From contig NC_069001.1 of the NCBI RefSeq assembly GCF_001194135.2, positions 3,131,188 to 3,195,187 on the forward strand: DNA of 64,000 bases, written 5' to 3'. The translations under genes were made by a program, and so were the position numbers. Positions 27,064 through 40,153 of the stretch are shown piece after piece. Within the stretch, counting starts at the first letter, position 1; each line of letters starts with the position of its first letter. This DNA is from Octopus bimaculoides (lineage: Eukaryota). The notes under the pieces were generated by a model that was given only the letters and a program-made list of their open reading frames with translations, did no database searches and was not told the origin of the DNA.

Positions 27064-27512
27064 AAGGCATACCTCAACTTACGTCGGCAATCGGTTCCTA
27101 GAAATGCGACTGAACACGAAAAACATGACGCGAAAAAGACGTTTTAAAAACTCAATTAGCTTGTGTGATTTAATAAATGATTTGGGCGAAGGTAAAGAAT
27201 ATGCACAGCCGGTTTTTAGAGTTAGGGTTTAGGATTAGGATTAGGGGTTAGAATTAGGGTTTTGTTACACCGAAAACGGGTGGTGTACGTATTTTTTACC
27301 TCCGCCAGCATTTGTACATATTTTCACATGTATTTCATTTCATTTTTTCCAATCCAATATTATTTTTTTTGGGGGGGGGGGTTAAATACTCTGAAGTTGG
27401 AGTTTATTTTTTTATTTAATTATAACATTAATTTCTTTAATAAAAGAAAGAAAAAAACGACGTGAAGTCGAAAAAGACGCAAGTCGGAACGACGTAAATT
27501 GAGGTATGCCTG
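27064..27512. mobile_element. Tigger/pogo-like MITE (non-autonomous DNA transposon)
   Basis: 22-bp terminal inverted repeats with 20/22 identity: aaggcatacctcaacttacgtc ... gacgtaaattgaggtatgcctg. CAGGCATACCTC is the Tigger-type terminus. TA precedes the left end; the right flank is TT. Confidence 0.8.
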
Positions 27513-28244
27513 TTGTAACATCGGTTTTAGTCAACATGTATATATATAAAGAAATGCGTGTCAAAATGTGTGTCTCTGAGATGCTGTTGACAATGTAAAA
27601 ATATTTTATGCATTAATTATACATAGGTAAAAGAAAGAAAAAACATTACTTGTGTAGTGCGTTACTAATTAACGGGTGTATATTAGGATATTTTTGCCTC
27701 GCAGCGAAATGTAAACATGTGTAAGAAAATAATTTATAGTTTTTTATACATTTTCTCCTTTAGTGTGTATAATTCTATAATTGCATGCATGAGAGTCTAC
27801 ATGTTTCTCCGGGTAAACATGTGGCTGTGAGTGAGTGAGCGTATGTATGTCTATGTATAGAAACGTATGTGTTTATCTGTATGTGTGAGTGTGTGAATCT
27901 TCACATGTGTCTGTATACGCGTGTGCATATGTGAGTAAGCATGTGTGGGTTTATATATATATAAATGTATGGGTGTATTTGTGTAAACTGTGTGTGTGTG
28001 TCTGTCAGTTTTCCATGTCTGTCTATAAACGTATGTACATGTATTTGCACGTGTCTCACTACAAAGGTAGTGCGTGCGCGTGTGTGTGTATATATATATA
28101 TATATAGCGCAAACAGGTGTGTGTGAGTGTATAAACGTATATATTAGTGTCTATAAACATATATATATATATATATCAATGTAAACAGCTATGTATGTGT
28201 GCCTGTAAACATAAATGTAAACACGTATATGTGTGTGTGTTACA

Positions 28245-28288
<44 letters not shown>

Positions 28289-29094
28289 CATAAACAGGTG
28301 TGTGTATATTTATGCCAGGTACGTGTGTGTAGCAATCGCGGCAGCAAAGGGGTGGGGGAAACGAAGGACTGCTTTGAAGTAAACCCGGCGGGGAGTTGGG
28401 TTAAAACCAAGCTGAAACAGGTAAACATATAACGCAATACAAAACATACAGCTAAGACCTCTCTGCAGCCAACGAAGTCGCTTCTACGTGGTATCTCGAT
28501 ATACTAGAAATAACAGGCAAATTTTCCTCAAATCACACTACTCTCTTCAAAACAGAAAGGAAATAATACATTGGACAGTGCTGATTAATATACAAAAGAA
28601 CTGGATGGTCATGGCCGGAAAGCCTTTGATTATAAGACTGTTCCAGCTGTGTAGGCCTGGGTTAAAACCGCAATACACGAAGGGGGTCCTTTTTCGAGAA
28701 GTGGGCCGCATGAGACAAAGTTTATCATCAGGCGGCTCGCACTATAAAAGTATACAAAACTGAAAATAATTTTTCGTTAGGTTTGCCATTCAGAATTCCC
28801 AGACTGGCCTCAGATTTCCCATGACTGGCCTACGGGTTGTCCATAGACTGTTGCTAGAAATAACAGCTCAATTTCCCTCAAATCACACCATATCGTCTTT
28901 GGAAAGAAACCATAAACAGGATAGCGTAATCTTAGATATACATGCATGGAAGAAGAGGAAATATGGTATGGCCACATTTGGAACGACTTTAAACGTAGAT
29001 CTGTCGGCTCTATCTGAGCTAACTTAGGGGATTAGTCTAAAACAACCCCCAAATAATCCCAAGTCATAATCTTTTTTTTTTTTTTTTTTTTTAC

Positions 29095-29209
29095 CAATTT
29101 CCCCATGTCTGTGTCGTCGTTGTCATTTCATAAAATATTCTGCTTCGTCGTACGCTGTCGTCCGGAATTTTGCCGGATTGGATGCAGCAATGAATGGAAT
29201 GGAATTGAA
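29095..29209 (-). CDS. Candidate exon (115 nt), phase 1->2
   Basis: Acceptor cgttctttttttcattcag|TTCAATT, donor GGAAATTG|gtaaaa. Open frame VQFHSIHCCIQSGKIPDDSVRRSRIFYEMTTTTQTWGN; CpG-rich. The 5' part is low complexity (ATTCC-like). Confidence 0.25.
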
Positions 29210-29733
29210 CTGAATGAAAAAAAGAACGAATGAAATAGAATGAAAGAAAATGTAATGGTGTGTTTAAATGAATGGAGTGGATGAAAGATAAGGAAGAAAA
29301 ACGAAAGAACCAAAGGGCGTTGGAATAAGAACAACAATAACAACAACAACCGAACAGACAAAACACAAACACACAAACATATACCCACAAACACACGCAT
29401 GTAAAGAGAGAGAATTATCTCACTCACATACATGTCGACACGTAGAGATATACACACAGATATACAAACACACATACATCTAGTGACATATACACATACT
29501 TCCAGCGACATACTGACATACATACAAACACACGCACGCATACATACATAACACACACACACACATACATAACACACACACACAAAACGGACCTTGATAA
29601 AAAACTCCACCGATCTTTCCACCCCACCCCTTTCCCCATTTACCCACCCCACCCCTCCGTTACCTTGGATTTNNNNNNNNNNATCTTTCCACCCCACCCC
29701 TTTCCCCATTTACCCACCCCACCCCTCCGTTAC

Positions 29734-29863
29734 CTTGGATTTCGCTGACTCTTGGATGCCGAGTGACCTTGTTCCATGTGAGACTGGCCACTTTAGCCTC
29801 TGATGATAGTCCACAGTCCAGCGGTAAAGACACAGAGTACATGCTGCCATGGCCAACGAATTT
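29734..29863 (-). CDS. Candidate internal coding exon (130 nt) of an unidentified minus-strand gene
   Basis: Good polypyrimidine acceptor ctatcgtctcttgttaccatttctctcaag|AAATTC and donor ATCCAAG|gtaacg. Phase 0->1 frame is open: KFVGHGSMYSVSLPLDCGLSSEAKVASLTWNKVTRHPRVSEIQ, in frame with the 46422-46537 exon. The phase-2 frame is also open. Confidence 0.45.
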
Positions 29864-31086
29864 CTTGAGAGAAATGGTAACAAGAGACGATAGTCGTGGC
29901 GGTGATGGTGGTAGATGATGGTGGTAGCTGATGATGGTGGTGCTGCGGACGTTACCGATGAAGGAACGTGTGTGTGTCTATGTGCGTGTGTGTGTGCGTG
30001 AACATGTCTGGAAGTTTGTGTGTATGTGAATGTATTTACATATCTCAATCTAACAGCTCTCTAGTTCCCTCTCTCTCTCTCTTTATGTATGTATCTGCAT
30101 GTGTAACAGGAAGTATGTGTGTGCAGAAATGTGACGAGATGTGTGAGTGTATGTATATATATATGTCCGTGTGTCTATATATCTGTATAATACATGTGTG
30201 TGTGTTGGTATGTAAGCTGCAGAAGGGAGCATGGGACGATGGAATGAAGTGAAGAGCTTGTACCTTCCGCTGTCACCACCATATCACACACACAGACACA
30301 CACACACAGAGATAGGCAAACTGACAAACAGATAGATAGATAGATAGATAGATACATACATACATACATACATACATACATACATAGCAACACAGTACTG
30401 GGACAGCGAGTTCACGGATAAATAAACAAGTGAGGTTAAATGTATGTTTATTGTGTTCACACATGTAAACATATTGTATTTGCACATAGCGAGACACAAG
30501 TGAATGTTTATTGAACGTAAACACTATATACATACACACACACATGTATGTATGTATGTATGTATACACACGCAAACGGACATACACCAGGGTGGAGGTA
30601 AAGCGGGGAATATGATTAATTAGAAAGTAAACAATTGGAAATGTGGTGGTGGTGGTAACCATGATAGTGAAAGTGTGATGATGGCGATGGTGGTGATGAT
30701 GATGGTGGTGGTAGTGGTGGTGGTGACGGTGATGGTGGTAACCATGATAGTGACGGTATGATGATGATGATGATGATGATGGTGGTGTTGATAATGACGC
30801 TAATGATGATGACGATGGTTAATAACAGAAGATCCTTATACAAACACTGGAGGAGGGATGAAGGGGAGGGGGCCTCAAACTTGTCTCGCGCGCACACACA
30901 CACACACATACACAGAGGGTGAAAGAGGGGGTAATTAATGACGAAGGTGGGGCAAGTGTTGCAGGTAAAGCAACAGACGACAGTGAGGATTGTCACACTT
31001 CTCCACGCATCCCAATAATGACATCTTTGTATTTGTTGTACGCCACAGCTACCGCCGCCATCGTCATTACATTTGAGTGTCACATC

Positions 31087-31088
31087 TT

Positions 31089-31122
<34 letters not shown>

Positions 31123-31650
31123 AGGTAAGAGCCACCACCACCACTACAAATATTACTGTCACCAACAGTCACAGATGAGTGTAACATTTACTACTACTAC
31201 CACCACTACTACCTCTACTACTACTACTGCTAACACCAACACTTCTACTACTACTACTACAACTATTACTACTACCTCTACTATCATTGCTACTACCACC
31301 TCTACTACTACTGCTACTACTGCTACAGGTAAGAACCACCACCACCACCACTACTCCTACTACTACTACTGCTACAGGTAAGAACCACCACCACCACCAC
31401 CACTACTACTACTACCACCACCACCACTACTACTACCTCTACTACTGCTACCACCAACACTTCTACTACTACAACTATTACTACTACCTCTACTACTATT
31501 GCTACTACCACCTCTACTACTACTGCTACTACTACTACTACAACTACTGCTACAACATAACTATTACTGCTTTTACTACTGCGTCTATTATTACTACAGC
31601 TGCAACAACATCAAAACTACTACCACTACTACTGCTCCTACCACAACACA
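31087..31650. repeat. Compound (ACT)n/(ACC)n microsatellite with repeated ctacaggtaagaaccacc cassettes
   Basis: Cassette copies near 31120, 31324 and 31373. Confidence 0.85.
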
Positions 31651-31809
31651 AACTACTATCTCAATAGTTCACATAGTGTTGTTATTTCTTTCCAACCAAC
31701 CCCCTTGCCATCTAGTTGGTTGACCCTGACTGACCAGACCTGTGGTCAATGGTATTCCACCCGTGGCCAATCTCTTTGTGTTTTGTTTTTCTTTTTTTTT
31801 TATTCAAAC

Positions 31810-32187
31810 AGGGTATGGTTGTGTGGATAAGAAGCTCGCTTTGCAACCATGTGATTCTGGGTTCAATCCTACAGTATGGGACCTTGGGCAAGTTTCTTTT
31901 GCTATAGCCTCAAGCCAACTAATGTCTTGCAAGAAAAATATTTGGTAGATGGAAACTGTGTGGAAGCCTGTAGTGTGTGTGTGTTTGTCTCCCCCCCCCC
32001 CNNNNNNNNNNNNNNNNNNNNNNNNNNNNNNNNNNNNNNNNNNNNTGGCAAAAGAGACTGATAGAATAAGTATCAAACTTTAAAAAAATAAGTCTTAGAG
32101 TCTTTATTCATTCGACTAAAAATTCTTTGAGGCAATGCCCCAGCATGGTCACAGTCTAATAGCTGAAACAAGTAAAATATAAAAGAT
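31810..32187 (+). mobile_element. SINE family B, near full length (small internal gap)
   Basis: Matches the family head and the 3' end gccccagcatggtcacagtctaatagctgaaacaagtaaaa. Confidence 0.75.
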
Positions 32188-32364
32188 ACTAAATCAATCT
32201 AATATACCGTTAAACAAATCCATGAGAAACATTCCTATTATTACAAAAGATTTGTTTTCAATAAATAACATTAATAATTTATAATTACAAACGAAGCACA
32301 ATTTATTGTATATTATAAAAACCATAATTTAATAAATCAGCTTATATAATAACGTATTTAATGG

Positions 32365-32530
32365 TGAGGCGCATGAATCAGTGGTTACAGCGTTGGGCTG
32401 ACAATCATGAGGTAATGAGTTCGATTCCTGGACTGGGCTGTGTGTTGTGTTCTTGAGCAAGACACTTTATTTCATGTTGTTCCAGTTCCCACAGCTGTAG
32501 AAATGAATTGCAATGTCACCGGTGCCACCG
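32365..32530 (+). mobile_element. SINE family D (tRNA head plus gtgttgtgttcttgagcaagacacttta domain)
   Basis: ggcgcatgaatcagtggttacagcgttggg...gagttcgattcctggactgggctgtgtgttgtgttcttgagcaagacactttatttc. Clear A/B boxes; the central motif resembles conserved domains of V/Meta-type SINE superfamilies (exact domain not verified). Confidence 0.75.
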
Positions 32531-32544
32531 GCACGATGTGAAAT

Positions 32545-32725
32545 AAATCGGTTACACATCCATAATACACAAAATATTTTAACAATTTTTTATACAAGTC
32601 CTAATAACATTTAATTATAAAAATGCAATTAGGATTTTTTAAACATCCAATGGCTGGGGGGTGGGGAACACAAGTAAAATAAGAATCAAAGGGGTCTCTA
32701 GGCAAAAAATAGTTGAGAAGCCCTG
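32545..32725 (-). mobile_element. hAT-like MITE fragment (same family as 12499-12612)
   Basis: Reverse complement reads cagggcttctcaact...gagacccctttgatt...agccattggatgtttaaaaaatcctaattgcatttttataatt...aaaaaattgttaaaatatt. Confidence 0.55.
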
Positions 32726-33096
32726 AACCTTTTAAAGCAGTGCCCCAAGATGAGCACTGGAATCGTGGTGATCAACTAACCCCTCCCCTCAAAAGTGACT
32801 GAAATGAATAAAAGGTAAAAGGTATGACTAAATTAACTAAATAAACCTCAATCACCAGGGTATTATTAATAAGCCACCATTACCAAACCAAATATTACCA
32901 AACTTGTCAACAAACCTCGATTTCATCCTTGGGGTGGGGGTCAATAAAATAAGTACCAGTTGAGCACTGGGGTTATTGTATTTGACTAACCCTGCCCCTC
33001 AAATCTGCCAGCCTTGTACCTAAAGTAGAAAGAGTTATTAGTAGTAAACTGCTACAAACAAATATCTCTTAGTTTTAACATGTGACCTTTTCCTTC

Positions 33097-33130
<34 letters not shown>

Positions 33131-33292
33131 TACACAACAATTTTTGCAACAGTTTTCATCTTTTATGCTACATTGAAGAACATTCTTTATCTGTGCTTCC
33201 AGATTCTGTGTTTTAAATATCAAAGTACTATGTTTAGCAGCACTGCATAAGCTATTGTTTCAAAACAAGATTATTTATCCCTGTTGACATAT

Positions 33293-33477
33293 TGGCAGGA
33301 TCGTTACTGCACTGGAAGAAGTTTTTTGTAGCATTCATTCCAGCTCTTTAGGTTCCGAGTTCAAAAATCTCACCATAATGAACTTTCTCTTTCATCCTTT
33401 TGGGGGTCAATAAAATAAGCACCGGTGAAGCACCGGGCTCAATGTGATCCTCTCGCTCCTCCCCCAAAATTTCAGGT
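33293..33477 (+). mobile_element. SINE family A
   Basis: tggcaggatcgtta...gagttcaaaa...catccttttgggggtcaataaaataag...aaatttcagg, running into the long (TTA/TCA)n array. Confidence 0.7.
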
Positions 33478-34315
33478 TGTTATTATTATTATTATTATTA
33501 TCATTATTATTATTATTATTATTATCATTATTATTATTATCATTATTATTATTATTATTATCATTATTATTATTATTATTATTATCATTATTATCATTAT
33601 CATTATTATTATCATTATTATTATTATTATTATCATCATTATTATTATTATTATTATCATTATTATTATTATTATNNNNNNNNNNNNNNNNNNNNNNNNN
33701 NNNNNNNNNNNNNNNNNNNNNNNNNNNNNNNNNNNNNNNNNNNNNNNNNNNNNNNNNNNNNNNNNNNNNNNNNNNNNNNNNNNNNNNNNNNNNNNNNNNN
33801 NNNNNNNNNNNNNNNNNNNNNNNNNNNNNNNNNNNNNNNNNNNNNNNNNNNNNNNNNNNNNNNNNNNNNNNNNNNNNNNNNNNNNNNNNNNNNNNNNNNN
33901 NNNNNNNNNNNNNNNNNNNNNNNNNNNNNNNNNNNNNNNNNNNNNNNNNNNNNNNNNNNNNNNNNNNNNNNNNNNNNNNNNNNNNNNNNNNNNNNNNNNN
34001 NNNNNNNNNNNNNNNNNNNNNNNNNNNNNNNNNNNNNNNNNNNNNNNNNNNNNNNNNNNNNNNNNNNNNNNNNNNNNNNNNNNNNNNNNNNNNNNNNNNN
34101 NNNNNNNNNNNNNNNNNNNNNNNNNNNNNNNNNNNNNNNNNNNNNNNNNNNNNNNNNNNNNNNNNNNNNNNNNNNNNNNNNNNNNNNNNNNNNNNNNNNN
34201 NNNNNNNNNNNNNNNNNNNNNNNNNNNNAGGTTGTTATTATTATTATTATTATTATCATTATTATTATTATTATTATTATCATTATTATTATTATCATTA
34301 TTATTATTATTATTA

Positions 34316-34346
<31 letters not shown>

Positions 34347-34381
34347 CATTATTATTATTATTATCATTATTATTATTATTA

Positions 34382-34419
<38 letters not shown>

Positions 34420-34420
34420 T
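33478..34420. repeat. Long (TTA)n/(TCA) array spanning a gap, partly with a 21-bp higher-order period
   Basis: Units such as (tta)6tca recur on both sides of the N run at 33676-34228. Confidence 0.9.
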
Positions 34421-34573
34421 CATTCATGCACAACAATGGTGGTGGTAGTAGTAGAAATAATGGGGTGAGCAGGCAGAATCCCCAGAACACTCAGACAAAA
34501 TGCTCAGCCGTTCCATCCATAGACCAGGTCAACTTGAACACAGGTCATCATAACCAACAGAGGGGCCAGTTGA

Positions 34574-34594
34574 TAGGGTTAGGGTTAGGGTTAG
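34574..34594 (+). repeat. Short interstitial telomere-like repeat (TTAGGG)n
   Basis: tagggttagggttagggttag. Confidence 0.6.
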
Positions 34595-34986
34595 TTGCAT
34601 TGTACGTTTTAGCGTTGAGTCTGTGACTGCTAAGAACATATTCTTTGCAGATTGTATTATTGTAATCTGTGGCAATTGTTTATGAAACACGAGTTGTAAG
34701 TTGTTGATGCTGTGTTTAGATGAGTTGGTTAGATGGCATTGAATGTCAATTATGTAAGAGGGTACATTATTGGGTGGCCACTATGTAGAATACACGTTGT
34801 CTGGGTTGTATTACATTTGTCTTAGCACTTGAAGGTGGTGCTTTGAAGCGAATGTGTTGTATAGACCAATGCTTCTCAAACTATCTGATGCGGTGCACTG
34901 GCAATTTTTTTTTTTCCAGTGTGCCAGAGACCGATAATATTTCTAAATAATATTAATTTAAACCGGAAACAATATATATAATGAAT

Positions 34987-35192
34987 AAGGCAGCAAACTG
35001 GCAAAAATGTTAACCCACCGGGCAAAATGCTTAGCGGTATTTCGTTTGTCTTTACATTCTGAGTTCAAATTCCGATGAAGTCGACTTTGTCTTATATCCT
35101 TTCAGGGTCGATAAAATAAGTACCAGTTGTGTACTGGGGATCGACTAGCCCCCTCCCTTGAAATTGCTAGCCTTGTGCCAAAATTTGAAACT
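34987..35192 (+). mobile_element. SINE family A
   Basis: Full-length match to the family consensus. Confidence 0.8.
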
Positions 35193-36424
35193 ATTCCTAC
35201 TAGTACTGCTGCTGCTTCTGTTGCTGCTACTACTACTATTGTTATTATTATTATTACATATCTCCACAGAGATTGCAGATAAGACTGCTAAAGAAAAGCC
35301 TGTTAACAAAAGTGACATGATAGATTCCACACAAGTTAATCAGACTCCTGTCATACATCTTATCATTGCTTAGACAACAACTAGTCTGAAATAACAGACA
35401 ATAATAATAGTAATAGTCCTTGATCGGAAGGATAACGATGACAACAATGATTTGGTGGTGGTGGTGGTGGCGGCGGTGGCGGTGGTGGTGGTGAACATGA
35501 TTTTGATAGATGTGGTTATTACTACTGATAATAGTGGTGACTGTAGGTGATCATAAAGATGTGTATGTATGCATGTATGTTTGTAATGTATGTATGAGTG
35601 TGTGTGTGTATAACAGAGTGGTTATATGCATTTATATATATATATATATTGATGTTTGTGTGTATCCAGACATAAAATAAACACACATACACTCATATAC
35701 ACACAAGAGTCAACACACAGACCTGATAGAAAGAGCAACTGATTTCCTTTCAAATAACAATTGAGAGTAGTTAAATAAATAACAGGTGTCTTGTCACAAG
35801 GAGAACATTTTGGATGAGGTAGTCTTCAATAATAGACATGCAACAAAATGGCTTCGTCAGGAATGTCTTCGGTCATAACAGACATTATAAATAAGGCAAG
35901 GCTGATCAAGAATTGACCACCAACATATATATATATATATATAATCAATGTTGTCTGAACAGGTGGATGGTGCGCTATGCATCAGGTGTTGAAGTGATTG
36001 CAGAGTAACATGAGATGAAGTGTTTTGCTCAAGAACACAAAGTACCACCCAGTCTAGGAATTGAAACTATGATCTTGCAATTGTGAGTACCACACCTTAA
36101 CCACTAGGCCATGCACCCTCACACACACACACACACACAAACAGACAGGTGCAAACATACACCTATACACACTATGCACAGCATAAGAATGTATATATAT
36201 ATATACACAGCCATAAGAAACTGGAAACTGAGGCAGACAAGAATAATGTCTTCGCCAGTCTTTCAAAGTGTGTCTATGTGTGAACACGTGGGTATATATG
36301 TGTATGTATGTGTGTGTCTGTGTTCATGCATGTGTATATGTATGCACATTTGTGTATGAATGTGTGTTTATATATATGTGCATGTGTGTGTATGCATGTA
36401 TGTATGAGCATGTGTACATTTATT

Positions 36425-36464
<40 letters not shown>

Positions 36465-37206
36465 ATGTATACATATGCATACATATATTACACACATACA
36501 TAGACATACACACGCATATACATATATAAAGATACACATGATTGTCAATGAGTGTGTGTGTGTGGGTAACATCAACCATTCTGCCACTCCTGTCAACATA
36601 ATTAATAAGACAAAGATTAATATTATAGATTGTGTTCGTTAATTAAAAGGTAGAGAACACTGAATACACACCACCACCATCAACACCACCACCATCAACA
36701 CCACCACTACAGCCATCATCATCATCACCACCAACAACACTACCACTACTATTTTCTATTATTATTATTATTATTATTATTAACTCCANNNNNNNNNNNN
36801 NNNNNNNNNNNNNNNNNNNNNNNNNNNNNNNNNNNNNNNNNNNNNNNNNNNNNNNNNNNNNNNNNNNNNNNNNNNNNNNNNNNNNNNNNNNNNNNNNNNN
36901 NNNNNNNNNNNNNNNNNNNNNNNNNNNNNNNNNNNNNNNNNNNNNNNNNNNNNNNNNNNNNNNNNNNNNNNNNNNNNNNNNNNNNNNNNNNNNNNNNNNN
37001 NNNNNNNNNNNNNNNNNNNNNNNNNNNNNNNNNNNNNNNNNNNNNNNNNNNNNNNNNNNNNNNNNNNNNNNNNNNNNNNNNNNNNNNNNNNNNNNNNNNN
37101 NNNNNNNNNNNNNNNNNNNNNNNNNNNNNNNNNNNNNNNNNNNNNNNNNNNNNNNNNNNNNNNNNNNNNNNNNNNNNNNNNNNNNNNNNNNNNNNNNNNN
37201 NNNNNN

Positions 37207-37256
<50 letters not shown>

Positions 37257-38289
37257 AGAAAAACACATATATGCAGATAAACGTATATACACTCATTTAG
37301 CAATAAACACACACACACACACACGTATTTTTTAGGAAACATCAAGAAAACACAGGAAATATTTTGGCAAAAAGTCAGATTGAAAAATGCATTAATATAA
37401 TGGTAATAGACATAGGTGATGATGATGTGGAAGTTGTTGTGGTTGGTGGTAGTGGTGGTGGTATTGGGGGGAGGGGAGTTGATGGTGGTGGTGGTGGTGG
37501 TGGTGAAGACGGTGAGTAATAATGGTTGGATGTGATGACAGCAACAATAATAAAGACATTGATGACAATGATGATAAAGACCACAACAAAAATGATGATG
37601 ACGATGATGGTGATGACAGTAGTAGTAGTAGTAGTAGTAGGTAGTGATGAATAATCAGTATGGTTGTGATGATGATGATGATGTCAATGATGATGAAAGT
37701 GTTCTTGTAGTTGATAGTGATCATGATTGTGATGATATGGTCATGATGATGATGATGGCAGTGATGATAACGATGGTGATGATGATGATAATGATGATGA
37801 TGGTAGTGATGAAGGTAGTGGTGATGATGATGATGGTGGTGGTGGTGGTGGTGGTGGTGGTGATGGTAGTTGGTAATAAATATAGTTATATTTCATGTGA
37901 GAATTGAATTTAAGAGGTTAAAAGCCTGAGCCAATTTATTCTAAATAACTTAACCCCCAAGCCCCAACCATTACCTAACTACGTCCCCTTCAATTTGCCA
38001 ACATATCAAAATCATGAGAACCTACCTTTGCCATATCACCCCTCTTTTCACACAATTTGTCCCACTTAAAGTATATCACAATAGCAAGAGAGCTTCTACA
38101 TGGCTTCTATATTTGCTAGAAATAAAAGCTAAATCTCCTCAAAATTACACTCTGTTGATTTAAACAAAGAAGGGCAACCATTAGATAATGTATTTCTCTG
38201 AGATACAAAGGATACAGGATGGCCACAGCTGGAACACTTTTGATCAGAGGTCAGGCTGGATCAGGGCTAATTTGGGACTAAACAGCAAC

Positions 38290-39010
38290 AACCTACCCCA
38301 GCAACCTCCATGTCACACCCTCTACTTTATCCACCCACCTACCCACCGACCACAACTTTGACCCAACAAACTTACCCCCTCCCCGTCCACAAGTCCAACT
38401 TCACTCCACCACTCCTATCCATCCATCCCACACCTCCATCTTGCCTCATCCACTTTCAGAATGCAACACCACACATCTACCCTCATATCACCACCTGATT
38501 CCATCTACATGTGCCATGCCACCACCCCTTCCAATCCCACCCCACCCCACAAATCCATCCACCCTTCTCACCCCAATTAATTTAAGTGTTTCCACAACAC
38601 TACAGTGCCACCCTATCACTCATCTTGTCCTACCCCTGCCCCATCTGCATACCCTACTACACCATTCCACCCACCGTCCCACACTGCCACCACCACCACC
38701 ACCACAGCTACCCTCATATGACAGCATGCCCCACCCCATCACCCAACCTCTCCTAACCCTACCACCCCTCCAACTCCCAACCAATCACCTGTCATTTCAA
38801 ATAGTTGGGGATTGAATTTGCAAATCCACTCTCACCCCATCTACCTACCCTGTCCTGCCCCATCACCCATCCCACTTCCATGCCATCAACCATCCTACAC
38901 CACACCATCCCATTCCACTCATCCCAATCCAGGTGTATACCCATCCTACCCTCTAACCACCATCACACAGCTCCCCACCCCACAGCTCCCCACCCCACCA
39001 ATCTATAAGT
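38290..39010. repeat. C-rich low-complexity tract (CCACC/CCCAC-like)
   Basis: About 700 bp with extreme C/A skew. Confidence 0.75.
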
Positions 39011-40120
39011 CTTTAAACAAACAAAAAAATCAATGCATTCTACAATTGTGTCTAAAAACAATAAAACAGACTTCTTAATATTTCTGGCTTTGGTTGGTTT
39101 CTTTCTGGGTGGCTGGCAGAGTAGATGGCTGGGTGGTTGNNNNNNNNNNNNNNNNNNNNNNNNNNNNNNNNNNNNNNNNNNNNNNNNNNNNNNNNNNNNN
39201 NNNNNNNNNNNNNNNNNNNNNNNNNNNNNNNNNNNNNNNNNNNNNNNNNNNNNNNNNNNNNNNNNNNNNNNNNNNNNNNNNNNNNNNNNNNNNNNNNNNN
39301 NNNNNNNNNNNNNNNNNNNNNNNNNNNNNNNNNNNNNNNNNNNNNNNNNNNNNNNNNNNNNNNNNNNNNNNNNNNNNNNNNNNNNNNNNNNNNNNNNNNN
39401 NNNNNNNNNNNNNNNNNNNNNNNNNNNNNNNNNNNNNNNNNNNNNNNNNNNNNNNNNNNNNNNNNNNNNNNNNNNNNNNNNNNNNNNNNNNNNNNNNNNN
39501 NNNNNNNNNNNNNNNNNNNNNNNNNNNNNNNNNNNNNNNNNNNNNNNNNNNNNNNNNNNNNNNNNNNNNNNNNNNNNNNNNNNNNNNNNNNNNNNNNNNN
39601 NNNNNNNNNNNNNNNNNNNNNNNNNNNNNNNNNNNNNNNNNNNNNNNNNNNNNNNNNNNNNNNNNNNNNNNNNNNNNNNNNNNNNNNNNNNNNNNNNNNN
39701 NNNNNNNNNNNNNNNNNNNNNNNNNNNNNNNNNNNNNNNNNNNNNNNNNNNNNNNNNNNNNNNNNNNNNNNNNNNNNNNNNNNNNNNNNNNNNNNNNNNN
39801 NNNNNNNNNNNNNNNNNNNNNNNNNNNNNNNNNNNNNNNNNNNNNNNNNNNNNNNNNNNNNNNNNNNNNNNNNNNNNNNNNNNNNNNNNNNNNNNNNNNN
39901 NNNNNNNNNNNNNNNNNNNNNNNNNNNNNNGTGTGTGAATATATTATATATATATATATATATATGTAATATATATTATATGTATATTACATAGATATCA
40001 TGTATATATTACATATGGCTGTGCATGTATATACACATAAAGAGATGGGTATATGTATGTATACATCTATGCATAAAGAGATATGTATATGTGTGTATGC
40101 ATATACATATATAAGCACAT

Positions 40121-40153
<33 letters not shown>

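Noticed and set aside
29849-29876. Plus-strand gctgccATGG Kozak context with MANEFLERN and a gtaaca donor
   Set aside because: It overlaps the better-supported minus-strand exon, and no coherent plus-strand exon chain follows.
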